From a virus (Duplodnaviria; Heunggongvirae; Uroviricota; Caudoviricetes): DNA of 54,826 nt. Under the pieces are notes generated by a model. It ran no database searches. It saw only the letters and a program-made list of their open reading frames with translations, and was not told the origin of the DNA. The stretch lies in the IMG/VR virus record IMGVR_UViG_2687453585_000002; one strand, written 5' to 3'. The position numbers and the translations under genes were made by a program. Positions 37,601 to 47,453 of this stretch are shown piece after piece. Numbering within the stretch: position 1 is the stretch's first letter; each line of letters begins with the position of its first letter.

Positions 37601-37869
37601 GGGCCGGGCTGATGGGGGAAGCCGGACCTGAAGCCATTATGCCCCTGACCCGGGCGGCGGATGGCTCGCTGGGCGTACGCGCGGTGGGCAGTATGAACGG
37701 CAGTGCCGGTCTGGTGTATTCCCCGGTCTACCACATCGCCATTCAGAATGACGGGGCTAACGGACAGATAGGGGCGGAGGCGGCAGGCAGTCTTGTGCAG
37801 CTGATTGACCAGCGGGTGCAGGCGGTGATGCTGTCCATGCGACGTGACGGAGGAATGCTGAGTGGCTGA
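34627..37869 (+). CDS. tail tape measure protein
   Basis: 1080 aa, long alpha-helical/coiled-coil protein between chaperone and minor tail genes. Confidence 0.85.
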   Translation: MATLRELIIKISANSQSFQSEIQRASRMGSEYYRTLQNGGRQAAAVARVQRRALAELNSQLTEIRASAAGTAGAFAGAFATGHLISLADEWSSVNARLKQASQSSDEFSSSQKVLMDISQRTGTAFSDNAALFARSAASMREYGYSADDVLKVTEAISTGLKISGASTAEAGSVITQFSQALAQGVLRGEEFNSVNESGDRIVRALAAGMGVARKDLKAMADDGKLTADKVVPALISQLGVLRDEYAAMPETVSDGITKVENAFMAWVGGANEASGATKTLSGVLNGVAGNIDNVATAAGALVAVGVARYFGNMASGAVSATAGLVTAARNEVALAEAQLRGTQIATARARAAVYRAQQAVAAARGTEMQIAAEARLAATQERLNRNIAARTAAQNELNSTTAVGSRLMTGALGLVGGVPGLVMLGAAAWYTLYQNQEQARESARQYALTIDEIAHKTPSMSLPEASDNEGRTRAALAEQNRLIDEQASRVKSLQEKIAGYQYVLANPGWTTGDGFMINHLTSVKTVTEGLSQATEQLAVEQSRLAQMQEKAQSIQDVLAGLEDRRVALIRQQAAEQNKVYQSMLVMNGQHTEFNRLLGLGNELLQQRQGLVNVPLRLPQATLDDKQQSALTKTERELALSRLKGEEKERARLGYAADDLGFVGDSYQEARQRYISNALEAWRNNEANKPKSRGGKSETEKAEDSFSRLLKQQKEQLALAGQNTELAKLKYQTAQGELKTLTEMQKQELLRNAALIDQQKIREQLRSREETLKNDNVAARASNEAELLGYGQGERARERMRELQQIRDSFRQKDADLQSQYQTGDISEDFYRQARAQNAQYLSERLKDQAAFYAESDAQRADWQKGLQEGLSNWVDNASDYASQAAQLATEGISGMVNNITEMLNGNKVEWRNWASSVLQEISKVLMNAAIVNGIKTAANGMSGAGGFIGSIGDWLGGAVANAKGGVYTSANLSAYSNSIVDTPTYFAFAKGAGLMGEAGPEAIMPLTRAADGSLGVRAVGSMNGSAGLVYSPVYHIAIQNDGANGQIGAEAAGSLVQLIDQRVQAVMLSMRRDGGMLSG

Positions 37870-38203
37870 GATAAAAACGCTGCATCTGGTCCCGCGTGAA
37901 GGGATGCAGGTGAGTGAGAAACCGTCGGTGGTGAGGGTTCGGTTTGGTGACGGTTATGAACAGCGCCGACCGACGGGACTTAATGCCAGACTGAAGACGT
38001 TTCAGGCGGTGTTCCGGGTGACGGATGAACCAACCCGGCGCTGGCTGGATGAATTTTTATCGTGGCATGGTGGTTACCGTGCCTTTTTGTGGCGACCGCC
38101 GAAACATAACCTGACGGTGAGGGTGGTGTGCCGGGAGTGGAGCGTCACAGATAACGCCAGGCACAGTGATTTCAGTTGTACGATTGAGCAGGTGGTGAAC
38201 TGA
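37862..38203 (+). CDS. M: minor tail protein M
   Basis: VRFGDGYEQR motif aligns with lambda M as recalled; GTG start. Confidence 0.75.
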   Translation: MAEIKTLHLVPREGMQVSEKPSVVRVRFGDGYEQRRPTGLNARLKTFQAVFRVTDEPTRRWLDEFLSWHGGYRAFLWRPPKHNLTVRVVCREWSVTDNARHSDFSCTIEQVVN

Positions 38204-38901
38204 TGCAGGATATTCGCGAAGAAAGTCTGAACGAGTCGGTTAAGTCAGAGCAGTCACCGCGGGTGGTACTCTGGGAAATCGACCTGACGGTACAGGGCGG
38301 TGAGCGGTATTTTTTCTGTAATGAGCTGAATGAAAAAGGGGAGCCGGTCACCTGGCAGGGGCGGCAATATCAGGCATACCCGATTGACGGCAGCGGTTTT
38401 GAGATGAGCGGGAAGGGCAGCAGTGCCAGACCGTCGCTGACGGTGTCCAATCTGTTCGGTCTGGTCACCGGGATGGCGGAAGACCTGCAGAGTCTGGTGG
38501 GGGCCACGGTGGTCCGCCGCCGGGTGTATGCCCGTTTTCTGGATGCGGTGAATTTCGTTGCGGGCAATCCGGAGGCGGACCCGGAGCAGGAGCTGAGTGA
38601 CCGCTGGGTGGTGGAGCAGATGTCGCAGCTGACAGCCATGACGGCCTCGTTTGTGCTGGCTACACCGACCGAGACGGATGGGGCGCTGTTTCCCGGTCGC
38701 ATCATGCTGGCGAACACCTGTATGTGGGATTACCGGGGAGATGAATGCGGGTATAACGGTCCTGCGGTGGCGGATGAGTTCGACAACCCCACCACGGATA
38801 TCCGTAAGGACAGATGCAGCAAGTGCATGCGCGGGTGTGAACTGCGCAGGAATGTCGGCAATTTTGGCGGTTTCCTTTCCATTAATAAACTTTCGCAGTA
38901 A
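38203..38901 (+). CDS. L: minor tail protein L
   Basis: 232 aa; C-terminal cysteine cluster CSKCMRGCEL; lambda L-like. Confidence 0.8.
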   Translation: MQDIREESLNESVKSEQSPRVVLWEIDLTVQGGERYFFCNELNEKGEPVTWQGRQYQAYPIDGSGFEMSGKGSSARPSLTVSNLFGLVTGMAEDLQSLVGATVVRRRVYARFLDAVNFVAGNPEADPEQELSDRWVVEQMSQLTAMTASFVLATPTETDGALFPGRIMLANTCMWDYRGDECGYNGPAVADEFDNPTTDIRKDRCSKCMRGCELRRNVGNFGGFLSINKLSQ

Positions 38902-38911
38902 ATCCCGGTTT

Positions 38912-39655
38912 ATGACACAGACTGAATCAGCGATTCTGGCGCATGCCCGGCGGTGTGCGCCTGCGGAGTCGTGCGGCTTCGTGATAAGCACGTCGGAGGG
39001 GGAGTGGTATATCCCTTGTGTGAATATTTCTGCAGAGCCGGAGGCGTATTTTCGTATCGCACCGGAAGACTGGCTGCGGGCAGAGATGCAGGGGGAGATT
39101 GTGGCACTGGTCCACAGTCATCCCGGTGGGCTGCCCTGGCTGAGCGAGGCTGACCGGCGGCTGCAGATAAAAAGCGCACTGCCCTGGTGGCTGGTCTGCC
39201 GGGGTGACATTCACAAATTCCGCTGTGTGCCACATCTGACAGGACGGCGCTTTGAGCACGGGGTGACGGACTGTTACACGCTGTTCCGGGATGCTTATCA
39301 TCTGGCGGGGACTGAAATGCCGGATTTTCATCGCGAGGATGACTGGTGGCGCAACGGTCAGAACCTTTACCTGGACAATATGGCGGTCACCGGCTTTTAC
39401 CGGGTGCCCCTGTCCTCTGCACAGGCGGGCGATATTCTGCTGTGCTGCTTTGGTGCTTCGGTACCGAACCATGCCGCCATTTACTGCGGCAACGGTGAGC
39501 TGCTTCACCATCTGCCTGAACAACTGAGTAAACGGGAGAGGTATTCCGAAAAATGGCAACGACGAACGCATTCTGTCTGGCGTCACCGCCACTGGCACGC
39601 ATCTGCCTTCACGGGGATTTACAACGATTTGGCCGCCGCCTCAGCCTGTATGTGA
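38912..39655 (+). CDS. K: tail assembly protein K (MPN/JAB + NlpC/P60-like)
   Basis: start at ATG 38912 just after L stop; HSHPGG JAB-type motif; C-terminal ~45 aa overlap I and may be over-extension. Confidence 0.75.
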   Translation: MTQTESAILAHARRCAPAESCGFVISTSEGEWYIPCVNISAEPEAYFRIAPEDWLRAEMQGEIVALVHSHPGGLPWLSEADRRLQIKSALPWWLVCRGDIHKFRCVPHLTGRRFEHGVTDCYTLFRDAYHLAGTEMPDFHREDDWWRNGQNLYLDNMAVTGFYRVPLSSAQAGDILLCCFGASVPNHAAIYCGNGELLHHLPEQLSKRERYSEKWQRRTHSVWRHRHWHASAFTGIYNDLAAASACM

Positions 39656-40233
39656 ACACGGCAGCGGAAGCCATCCGGGCGCTGTCGTTACAGGTGCCGG
39701 GCTTTCGCCGTCAGATGAACGAAGGCTGGTACCAGATACGTATTGCCGGTTATGACACGGCACCGGAGGCGGTGTACGCCCGTCTTCACGAACAGCTGGG
39801 TGAGGGAACGGTCATCCATATTGTGCCGCGACTGGCCGGGGCCGGAAAGGGTGGACTGCAGATTGTGCTGGGGGCGGCAGCCATCGTGGGCTCTTTCTTC
39901 ACTGCCGGGGCATCAATGGCGTTATGGGGTTCAGCCCTGGCAGCCGGTGGTTTTTCTGCCACCACGATGCTGTTTTCACTTGGAGCCAGCATGATTCTGG
40001 GCGGTGTGGCCCAGATGCTGGCCCCGAAGGCAAAAACACCGGATTACCGCGCAACGGATAACGGCAGACAGAACACGTACTTTTCCTCGCTGGATAACAT
40101 GATTGCCCAGGGGAACCCGATGCCGGTGCCTTACGGGGAAATGCTGGTTGGCTCCCGCCGTATATCCCAGGACATCAGCACCCGTGATGAAGGCGGGGGC
40201 GGAACGGTCGTGGTTATCGGGCGACAGGGATAA
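39553..40233 (+). CDS. I: tail assembly protein I
   Basis: N-terminus and hydrophobic glycine-rich middle resemble lambda I as recalled. Confidence 0.7.
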   Translation: MATTNAFCLASPPLARICLHGDLQRFGRRLSLYVNTAAEAIRALSLQVPGFRRQMNEGWYQIRIAGYDTAPEAVYARLHEQLGEGTVIHIVPRLAGAGKGGLQIVLGAAAIVGSFFTAGASMALWGSALAAGGFSATTMLFSLGASMILGGVAQMLAPKAKTPDYRATDNGRQNTYFSSLDNMIAQGNPMPVPYGEMLVGSRRISQDISTRDEGGGGTVVVIGRQG

Positions 40234-40575
40234 AACATAAAAAAATCCCGCAGTGATCGCGGAGCTGCGGGGACAGACAAATGAAGATCAATGTTAAGGA
40301 GTTGTTTTTGTTACTCGGGCAAAAAAACACTAACGCAGCGAAATTATAAGCGCCACAGTCAGTGTGTGAAAATGTGAAGATATTCAGAATTTTTATGCCA
40401 TTACCGGTTTTAACCAACAGGATTATCGGTGGGCATGAAAGAAAACCCCGGTATCTGCTGATACCGGGGTTTCTCTTTAGCATGGCAGAAATGTGTTTCA
40501 TGCTTTTCGGGCGAAGGATATCCGACTTCTGTACGGAATGGCAAGTGGCGGTTAATTTATTCAGGGGAAGGCTGT

Positions 40576-43500
40576 ATGGGAAAAGGTGGCGGTAAGGCAC
40601 ACACGCCTCGTGAGGCGAAGGATAATCTCAAATCCACGCAGATGATGAGCGTGATTGATGCGATTGGTGAGGGACCGATAGAAGGTCCGGTGAAGGGACT
40701 GCAGAGTATTCTGGTGAACAAAACCCCACTGACGGACACGGACGGCAATCCCGTGATACACGGTGTGACGGCGGTCTGGCGCGCCGGGGAGCAGGAGCAG
40801 ACACCACCGGAAGGCTTTGAGTCCTCCGGAGCTGAAACCGGACTGGGCGTGGAAGTGACGAAGGCAAAACCGGTGACGCGCACCATTACGTCCGCGAACA
40901 TTGACCGCCTGCGGGTTACCTTCGGGGTGCAGTCACTGGTGGAGACCACCTCAAAGGGTGACCGTAACCCGGCATCCGTCCGCCTGCTGATTCAGTTACA
41001 GCGTAACGGTAACTGGGTGACAGAAAAGGACGTCACCATTAACGGCAAGACCACCTCACAGTTCCTGGCCTCGGTGATTCTGGATAATCTGCCTCCCCGG
41101 CCCTTTAACATCCGGATGGTCAGGGAGACGGCGGACAGCACCACGGACCAGCTGCAGAATAAGACGCTGTGGTCGTCATACACCGAAATCATCGATGTGA
41201 AACAGTGCTACCCGAACACGGCCATTGTGGGGCTGCAGGTGGATGCGGAGCAGTTCGGCGGCCAGCAGATGACGGTGAACTACCATATCCGCGGTCGCAT
41301 CATCCAGGTGCCGTCAAACTATGACCCGGAAAAACGCACGTATAGTGGTATCTGGGACGGCAGTCTGAAACCGGCATACAGCAACAACCCGGCCTGGTGT
41401 CTGTGGGACATGCTGACTCACCCGCGCTACGGCATGGGAAAACGTCTGGGGGCGGCGGATGTGGACAAGTGGGCGCTGTATGCCATCGGGCAGTACTGCG
41501 ACCAGACGGTCCCGGATGGTTTCGGGGGGACCGAGCCGCGGATGACCTTTAATGCGTACCTGGCACAACAGCGTAAGGCGTGGGACGTTCTCAGTGATTT
41601 CTGCTCTGCGATGCGCTGTATGCCGGTATGGAACGGTCAGACGCTGACGTTCGTTCAGGACCGCCCGTCGGATGTGGTGTGGCCGTACACCAACAGCGAT
41701 GTGGTGGTGGATGATAACGGCGTGGGATTCCGCTACAGCTTCAGTGCCCTGAAGGACCGGCACACGGCGGTGGAGGTGAATTACACCGACCCGCAGAACG
41801 GCTGGCAGACCTCCACGGAACTGGTGGAAGACCCGGAAGCCATACTGCGCTACGGACGCAACCTGCTGAAGATGGACGCGTTCGGCTGTACCAGCCGCGG
41901 TCAGGCCCACCGTGCCGGACTGTGGGTGATAAAGACCGAACTGCTGGAAACGCAGACGGTGGATTTCACGCTCGGGTCTCAGGGGCTGCGGCACACACCC
42001 GGTGACATTATTGAAATCTGTGATAATGACTATGCCGGGACCCTGACCGGCGGACGTGTCCTGTCCATTGATGCTGCCACCCGCACCCTGACGCTGGACC
42101 GTGAGGTTACCCTGCCGGAGACAGGTACATCGGCGGTGAACCTGATTAACGGCAGCGGTAAGCCGGTGAGTGTGGACATCACCGCACACCCCGCGCCGGA
42201 CCGGATACAGGTCAGTACCCTGCCTGATGGTGTGGAGACATACGGGGTGTGGGGACTCTCCCTGCCGTCACTGCGCCGTCGCCTGTTCCGCTGTGTCTCC
42301 ATCCGGGAAAACACGGACGGCACCTTTGCCATCACGGCGGTGCAGCACGTACCGGAAAAAGAAGCCATCGTGGATAACGGTGCCCGCTTTGAGCCGCAGT
42401 CAGGTTCCCTGAACAGCGTCATCCCACCGGCAGTGCAGCACCTGACGGTGGAGGTGAGCGCAGCTGACGGCCAGTATCTGGCGCAGGCGAAATGGGACAC
42501 GCCGCGGGTGGTGAAGGGTGTGCGCTTCAGTCTGCGCCTGACCAGTGGTAAGGGAACGGATGCCAGACTGGTGACCACCGCCATCACCGCAGACACGGAG
42601 CACCGTTTCAGCGGCCTGCCGCTCGGGGAATACACCCTGACGGTGCGGGCGATAAACAGCTATGGCCAGCAGGGTGAACCTGCCACCACCACCTTCCGGA
42701 TTGCCGCACCGGCAGCACCGTCGCGGATTGAGCTGACGCCGGGCTATTTTCAGATAACCGCAACGCCACATCTTGCCGTTTATGACCCGACGGTACAGTT
42801 TGAGTTCTGGTTCTCGGAAAAGCGGATTGCGGATATCAGGCAGGTTGAAACCGCAGCCCGCTATCTTGGCTCGGCGCTGTACTGGATAGCTGCCAGTATC
42901 AATATCAAACCGGGCCATGATTATTATTTTTATATCCGCAGTGTGAATACTGTTGGCAAATCGGCATTCGTGGAGGCTGTCGGTCGGGCGAGCGATGATG
43001 CGGAAGGTTACCTGGATTTTTTCAAAGGAGAAATCGGGAAAACACATCTGGCCCAGGAGCTGTGGACGCAGATTGATAACGGTCAGCTTGCGCCGGACCT
43101 GGCTGAAATCAGGACGTCCATTACGAATGTCAGCAATGAAATCACGCAGACCGTCAATAAAAAACTGGAAAATCAGAGTGCGGCAATCCAGCAGATACAG
43201 AAAGTTCAGGTTGATACAAATAATAACCTGAACAGCATGTGGGCCGTGAAACTGCAGCAGATGCAGGACGGACGCCTTTATATTGCGGGTATCGGTGCCG
43301 GTATTGAGAATACGCCAGCAGGAATGCAGAGTCAGGTGCTGCTGGCGGCAGACAGGATTGCGATGATTAATCCTGCGAATGGCAACACAAAGCCGATGTT
43401 TGTTGGTCAGGGCGATCAGATATTTATGAATGAAGTGTTCCTGAAATATCTGACGGCTCCCACCATTACCAGCGGCGGTAATCCTCCGGCATTTTCCCTG

Positions 43501-44049
43501 ACACCGGACGGGCGGCTGACGGCGAAAAATGCCGATATCAGCGGTAACGTGAATGCGAACTCCGGGACGCTCAACAACGTCACGATTAACGAGAACTGTC
43601 GGGTTCTGGGAAAATTGTCCGCGAACCAGATTGAAGGCGATCTCGTTAAAACAGTGGGCAAAGCTTTCCCCCGGGACTCCCGTGCACCGGAGCGGTGGCC
43701 ATCAGGAACCATTACCGTCAGGGTTTATGACGATCAGCCGTTTGACCGGCAGATTGTTATTCCGGCGGTGGCATTCAGCGGCGCTAAACATGAGAAAGAG
43801 CATACTGATATTTACTCCTCATGCCGTCTGATAGTGCGGAAAAACGGTGCTGAAATTTATAACCGTACCGCGCTGGATAATACGCTGATTTACAGTGGTG
43901 TTATTGATATGCCTGCCGGTCACGGTCACATGACACTGGAGTTTTCGGTGTCAGCATGGCTGGTAAATAACTGGTATCCCACAGCAAGTATCAGCGATTT
44001 GCTGGTTGTGGTGATGAAGAAAGCCACTGCAGGCATCACGATTAGCTGA
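40576..44049 (+). CDS. J: host specificity / central tail fibre protein J
   Basis: 1157 aa; follows I; fibronectin-like central regions. Confidence 0.85.
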   Translation: MGKGGGKAHTPREAKDNLKSTQMMSVIDAIGEGPIEGPVKGLQSILVNKTPLTDTDGNPVIHGVTAVWRAGEQEQTPPEGFESSGAETGLGVEVTKAKPVTRTITSANIDRLRVTFGVQSLVETTSKGDRNPASVRLLIQLQRNGNWVTEKDVTINGKTTSQFLASVILDNLPPRPFNIRMVRETADSTTDQLQNKTLWSSYTEIIDVKQCYPNTAIVGLQVDAEQFGGQQMTVNYHIRGRIIQVPSNYDPEKRTYSGIWDGSLKPAYSNNPAWCLWDMLTHPRYGMGKRLGAADVDKWALYAIGQYCDQTVPDGFGGTEPRMTFNAYLAQQRKAWDVLSDFCSAMRCMPVWNGQTLTFVQDRPSDVVWPYTNSDVVVDDNGVGFRYSFSALKDRHTAVEVNYTDPQNGWQTSTELVEDPEAILRYGRNLLKMDAFGCTSRGQAHRAGLWVIKTELLETQTVDFTLGSQGLRHTPGDIIEICDNDYAGTLTGGRVLSIDAATRTLTLDREVTLPETGTSAVNLINGSGKPVSVDITAHPAPDRIQVSTLPDGVETYGVWGLSLPSLRRRLFRCVSIRENTDGTFAITAVQHVPEKEAIVDNGARFEPQSGSLNSVIPPAVQHLTVEVSAADGQYLAQAKWDTPRVVKGVRFSLRLTSGKGTDARLVTTAITADTEHRFSGLPLGEYTLTVRAINSYGQQGEPATTTFRIAAPAAPSRIELTPGYFQITATPHLAVYDPTVQFEFWFSEKRIADIRQVETAARYLGSALYWIAASINIKPGHDYYFYIRSVNTVGKSAFVEAVGRASDDAEGYLDFFKGEIGKTHLAQELWTQIDNGQLAPDLAEIRTSITNVSNEITQTVNKKLENQSAAIQQIQKVQVDTNNNLNSMWAVKLQQMQDGRLYIAGIGAGIENTPAGMQSQVLLAADRIAMINPANGNTKPMFVGQGDQIFMNEVFLKYLTAPTITSGGNPPAFSLTPDGRLTAKNADISGNVNANSGTLNNVTINENCRVLGKLSANQIEGDLVKTVGKAFPRDSRAPERWPSGTITVRVYDDQPFDRQIVIPAVAFSGAKHEKEHTDIYSSCRLIVRKNGAEIYNRTALDNTLIYSGVIDMPAGHGHMTLEFSVSAWLVNNWYPTASISDLLVVVMKKATAGITIS

Positions 44050-44116
44050 ATTTTATAACCCAGATACGGGCGCCAGAAATGGCGCCTTTTTTATTGCAGA
44101 AAAGCGAGAGGTAATT

Positions 44117-44496
44117 ATGCGTAAATTATGTGCTGTTATTTTGTCCGCAGTAGTCTGGCAGGTCGCCGCTGCTACGCCAGCGAGTGCAGCAGAACATCAG
44201 TCCACGCTGAGCGCGGGGTATCTCCATGCCTCGACGAACGTTCCCGGTAGTGATGATCTGAACGGGATTAACGTGAAATACCGTTATGAGTTTACGGACG
44301 CGCTGGGGCTGATTACGTCCTTCAGTTATGCCAATGCTGAGGATGAGCAAAAAACGCGCTACAGCGATACCCGCTGGCATGAAGATTCCGTGCGTAACCG
44401 CTGGTTCAGCGTGATGGCGGGGCCGTCTGTACGCGTGAATGAATGGTTCAGCGCGTATGCGATGGCGGGTGTGGCTTACAGCCGTGTGTCGACTTT
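44117..44496 (+). pseudogene. lom: lom-like outer membrane protein gene, 5' fragment (interrupted by IS)
   Basis: signal peptide plus Ail/Lom-family beta-barrel sequence up to ...AYSRVSTF, then IS terminal repeat. Confidence 0.75.
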
Positions 44497-44689
44497 TGCG
44501 TATTTTCATGAAAGGAGATCACTCAATAACTTCCATCGAGATCGGGTAATAACATTTGAACAGATCGCTGAATAACATCGATGGAGATCACTTTTGACTC
44601 ATTTTGTTATTCAGTGATCTCCATCAATGTTATTGGAACTTCACAGGTGTGTTGATCTGTATCTTTTGCCATTCCGGTAAAGGATACCT

Positions 44690-46231
44690 ATGCCAACAGT
44701 TCCAATTTCTATGAGAAAACTTAAAGAAATTCTTAGGCTTAAATACGGTGTTGGACTCAGCCATCGACAAATTGGTCGTAGTCTTGCAATCTCCCCTTCC
44801 GTTGTATCCAGATATGCTAATCGGGCGGCTCAACTTGGCATAAAGCAGTGGCCCTTACCTACAGGATGGGATGATACAAAACTAAAACATGCGTTCCTTC
44901 AGACCCAGGTTAAGATGAAGAAGCACTCTCTGCCTGACTGGGCTACAGTACACCGGGAACTGCGTAATAAATGCGTGACGCTGCAGCTACTCTGGGAAGA
45001 ATACTGTGAGCGTAATCCAGGCGGTTTTTACAGCTATAACCATTACTGCCGGATGTACCGTGAATGGCTCAAAACCACTTCACCATCAATGCGTCAGGTA
45101 CATAAAGCTGGCGAAAAACTTTTCGTTGATTACTGTGGACCTACCGTTGGCGTTACCGACCCTGAGACCGGAGAAATAAGAACTGCTCAGGTCATCGTAG
45201 CTGTTCTCGGGGCATCAAGTTACACATGGGCAGAGGCCACCTGGTCTCAGCAGCTTGAAGACTGGGTGATGAGTCATGTTCGCTGCTTCCAGTGGTTGGG
45301 TGGCGTTCCTGAACTTGTTGTTCCGGACAATCTGAAAAGCGCCACATCCAGGGCATGTAAGTATGATCCTGACGTTAACCCTACCTACCAGCAGATGCTT
45401 GAGCATTATAATGTCGCAGTTTTGCCTGCGCGGCCACGTAAACCGAAAGATAAAGCCAAAGCTGAAGTTGGCGTTCAGGTTGTTGAACGCTGGATCATGG
45501 CCCGAATCAGGCATGAGATCTTCTACAGCCTTGCATCGCTTAATCAGCGCATTCGGGAGTTGCTGGAAAGACTGAATAACAAAATAATGCAGAAGTTGGG
45601 TTATTCACGTGCAGAACTCTTCATCCAGCTTGATAAACCCGCACTGAAGCCTCTTCCTGAAGCCAGTTACAGTTACACCCTGGTGAAGAAAGTCAGAGTT
45701 CATGCCGATTACCACGTGGAAATCGACAAACATTACTACTCGGTTCCATGTTCGCTGTTAGGCCAGCAACTGGAAGCATGGATCTCCGGAGAACTGGTAA
45801 GACTCTTCAATCAGGGGCAGGAGGTTGCTGTGCACCCGCGCAAGCGTACTTATGGCTACAGTACCCGCAACGAGCACATGCCTGAAGCTCATCGACAGCA
45901 TGCCACCTGGACGCCAGAGCGTCTTCTGGAATGGGCGGGGCACATAGGCAGTGAAACTCATAGTTATGTGCTTCATATACTGAACTCTCGTCCACATCCG
46001 GAACAAAGCTATCGCTTCTGCCTTGGACTCCTGAACCTTCATAAAAAATACAGTAAAGCCAGACTTAATGCAGCATGTGCAAGAGCTCTGAAAACAAAGG
46101 TATGGCGTCTGTCAGGTATTAAATCGATCCTGGAAAAAGGTCTGGATAAACAACCTGTTCAGGATCCAAAACCAGATCTGTTATCCACGATGGAACACGA
46201 AAACGTACGCGGCAGTGAGTATTACCACTGA
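44690..46231 (+). CDS. istA: IS21-family transposase IstA
   Basis: 513 aa; N-terminal HTH; DDE core. Confidence 0.8.
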   Translation: MPTVPISMRKLKEILRLKYGVGLSHRQIGRSLAISPSVVSRYANRAAQLGIKQWPLPTGWDDTKLKHAFLQTQVKMKKHSLPDWATVHRELRNKCVTLQLLWEEYCERNPGGFYSYNHYCRMYREWLKTTSPSMRQVHKAGEKLFVDYCGPTVGVTDPETGEIRTAQVIVAVLGASSYTWAEATWSQQLEDWVMSHVRCFQWLGGVPELVVPDNLKSATSRACKYDPDVNPTYQQMLEHYNVAVLPARPRKPKDKAKAEVGVQVVERWIMARIRHEIFYSLASLNQRIRELLERLNNKIMQKLGYSRAELFIQLDKPALKPLPEASYSYTLVKKVRVHADYHVEIDKHYYSVPCSLLGQQLEAWISGELVRLFNQGQEVAVHPRKRTYGYSTRNEHMPEAHRQHATWTPERLLEWAGHIGSETHSYVLHILNSRPHPEQSYRFCLGLLNLHKKYSKARLNAACARALKTKVWRLSGIKSILEKGLDKQPVQDPKPDLLSTMEHENVRGSEYYH

Positions 46232-46242
46232 TACGGGATCCA

Positions 46243-46992
46243 ATGATGAATCATCTTTACGAACAACTGACCGCACTTAAACTCACCGGCTTCCGTGATG
46301 CGCTTAAAAAGCAACTTGCTCAACCGGGCACATACCAGGAGCTGGGCTTCGAAGAACGCCTGTCATTACTGACAGCAGAAGAACTAACCTGCCGTGAAAA
46401 CAGGAAGGCAGAGCGTCTGATCAAACATGCACGGTTCAGACTTAATGCTGAGTTATCAAAGCTGGATTATCGTAACAATAGAGGGCTGGACAGGGCCCTC
46501 ATCCGTTCACTCAGTCAGGGAAACTGGTTAACCCTGAAACAAAATATTTTACTGACCGGGGCCACCGGCAGCGGTAAAACGTTCCTGGCATGTGCACTTG
46601 GTCATAATGCCTGCCGACAGGGATACAAGGTCTACTATTATCGCCTTAAAGCGCTGATGGAACAGTGCTATCAGGGGCATGCTGATGGAAGATACAGCAA
46701 ACTTTTGACCAGGCTGAATAATAGCGATCTGCTGCTTCTGGATGACTGGGGGCTGGAACCTCTCTCATCAGAACAGCGTAGCGACCTGCTGGAAATAGTG
46801 GATCTGATGTACCAACGAGGCTCAATCATCGTAGTGAGCCAGTTGCCGGTGGAAAACTGGTACAAAATGATCGGAGACTCCACACATGCGGATGCCATCC
46901 TAGATCGACTGGTTCATGGCAGTATCAAGATCGAACTTAAAGGAGAATCAATGCGGAAAATACAATCTCCGTTGACCGAAGGAGATCAGTGA
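46243..46992 (+). CDS. istB: IS21-family helper ATPase IstB
   Basis: Walker A GATGSGKTFLA and Walker B LLLLDDWG. Confidence 0.85.
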   Translation: MMNHLYEQLTALKLTGFRDALKKQLAQPGTYQELGFEERLSLLTAEELTCRENRKAERLIKHARFRLNAELSKLDYRNNRGLDRALIRSLSQGNWLTLKQNILLTGATGSGKTFLACALGHNACRQGYKVYYYRLKALMEQCYQGHADGRYSKLLTRLNNSDLLLLDDWGLEPLSSEQRSDLLEIVDLMYQRGSIIVVSQLPVENWYKMIGDSTHADAILDRLVHGSIKIELKGESMRKIQSPLTEGDQ

Positions 46993-47078
46993 AGGTAATT
47001 TAAAAACGGTTCTGTGAAAGTGACACGAACCGATCTCCATCGATGTTACTCACCGATCTCCTTCACGGTAATACGCAA

Positions 47079-47302
47079 CTTTCTCCGGGGATTATCTCCG
47101 CGTAACTGACAACAAGGGGAAAACGCACGATGTGCTGACCGGAAGTGATGACGGTCGCCACAGCAACACGTCTCTGGCGTGGGGGGCTGGCGTGCAGTTT
47201 AACCCGACCGAATCCGTGACCATTGACCTTGCTTATGAAGGTTCCGGTAGTGGCGACTGGCGAACGGATGCATTTATTGTTGGTATCGGATACCGTTTCT
47301 GA
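47079..47302 (+). pseudogene. lom: lom-like gene, 3' fragment
   Basis: in-frame continuation ...SGDYLRVTDNKGKTHDVLTGSDDGRHSNTSLAWGAGVQFNPTESV...GIGYRF* after the IS. Confidence 0.75.
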
Positions 47303-47407
47303 CAACAGACGCCGATTTATCTTCTGTAAATATTGTTATGATACGCAGGTTCATCCACCTTATGGGGTGAACTGCGTTTGAGGAAACGTAAAGTTACACT
47401 GTCCTGA

Positions 47408-47440
47408 AGCCCGTGGCGTCACTGCTGCGGGCTTTTTTTA
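47408..47440 (+). terminator. terminator-like hairpin after lom
   Basis: GC-rich hairpin followed by TTTTTTATT. Confidence 0.45.
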
Positions 47441-47453
47441 TTGGTGGAAAAGT

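Larger units (their letters stand above)
44497..47078 (+). mobile_element. IS21-family insertion sequence (2582 bp)
   Basis: terminal inverted repeats TGCGTATT...AATACGCA with internal GGAGATC repeats; 5-bp direct repeat ACTTT on both flanks; istA and istB genes. Confidence 0.8.
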
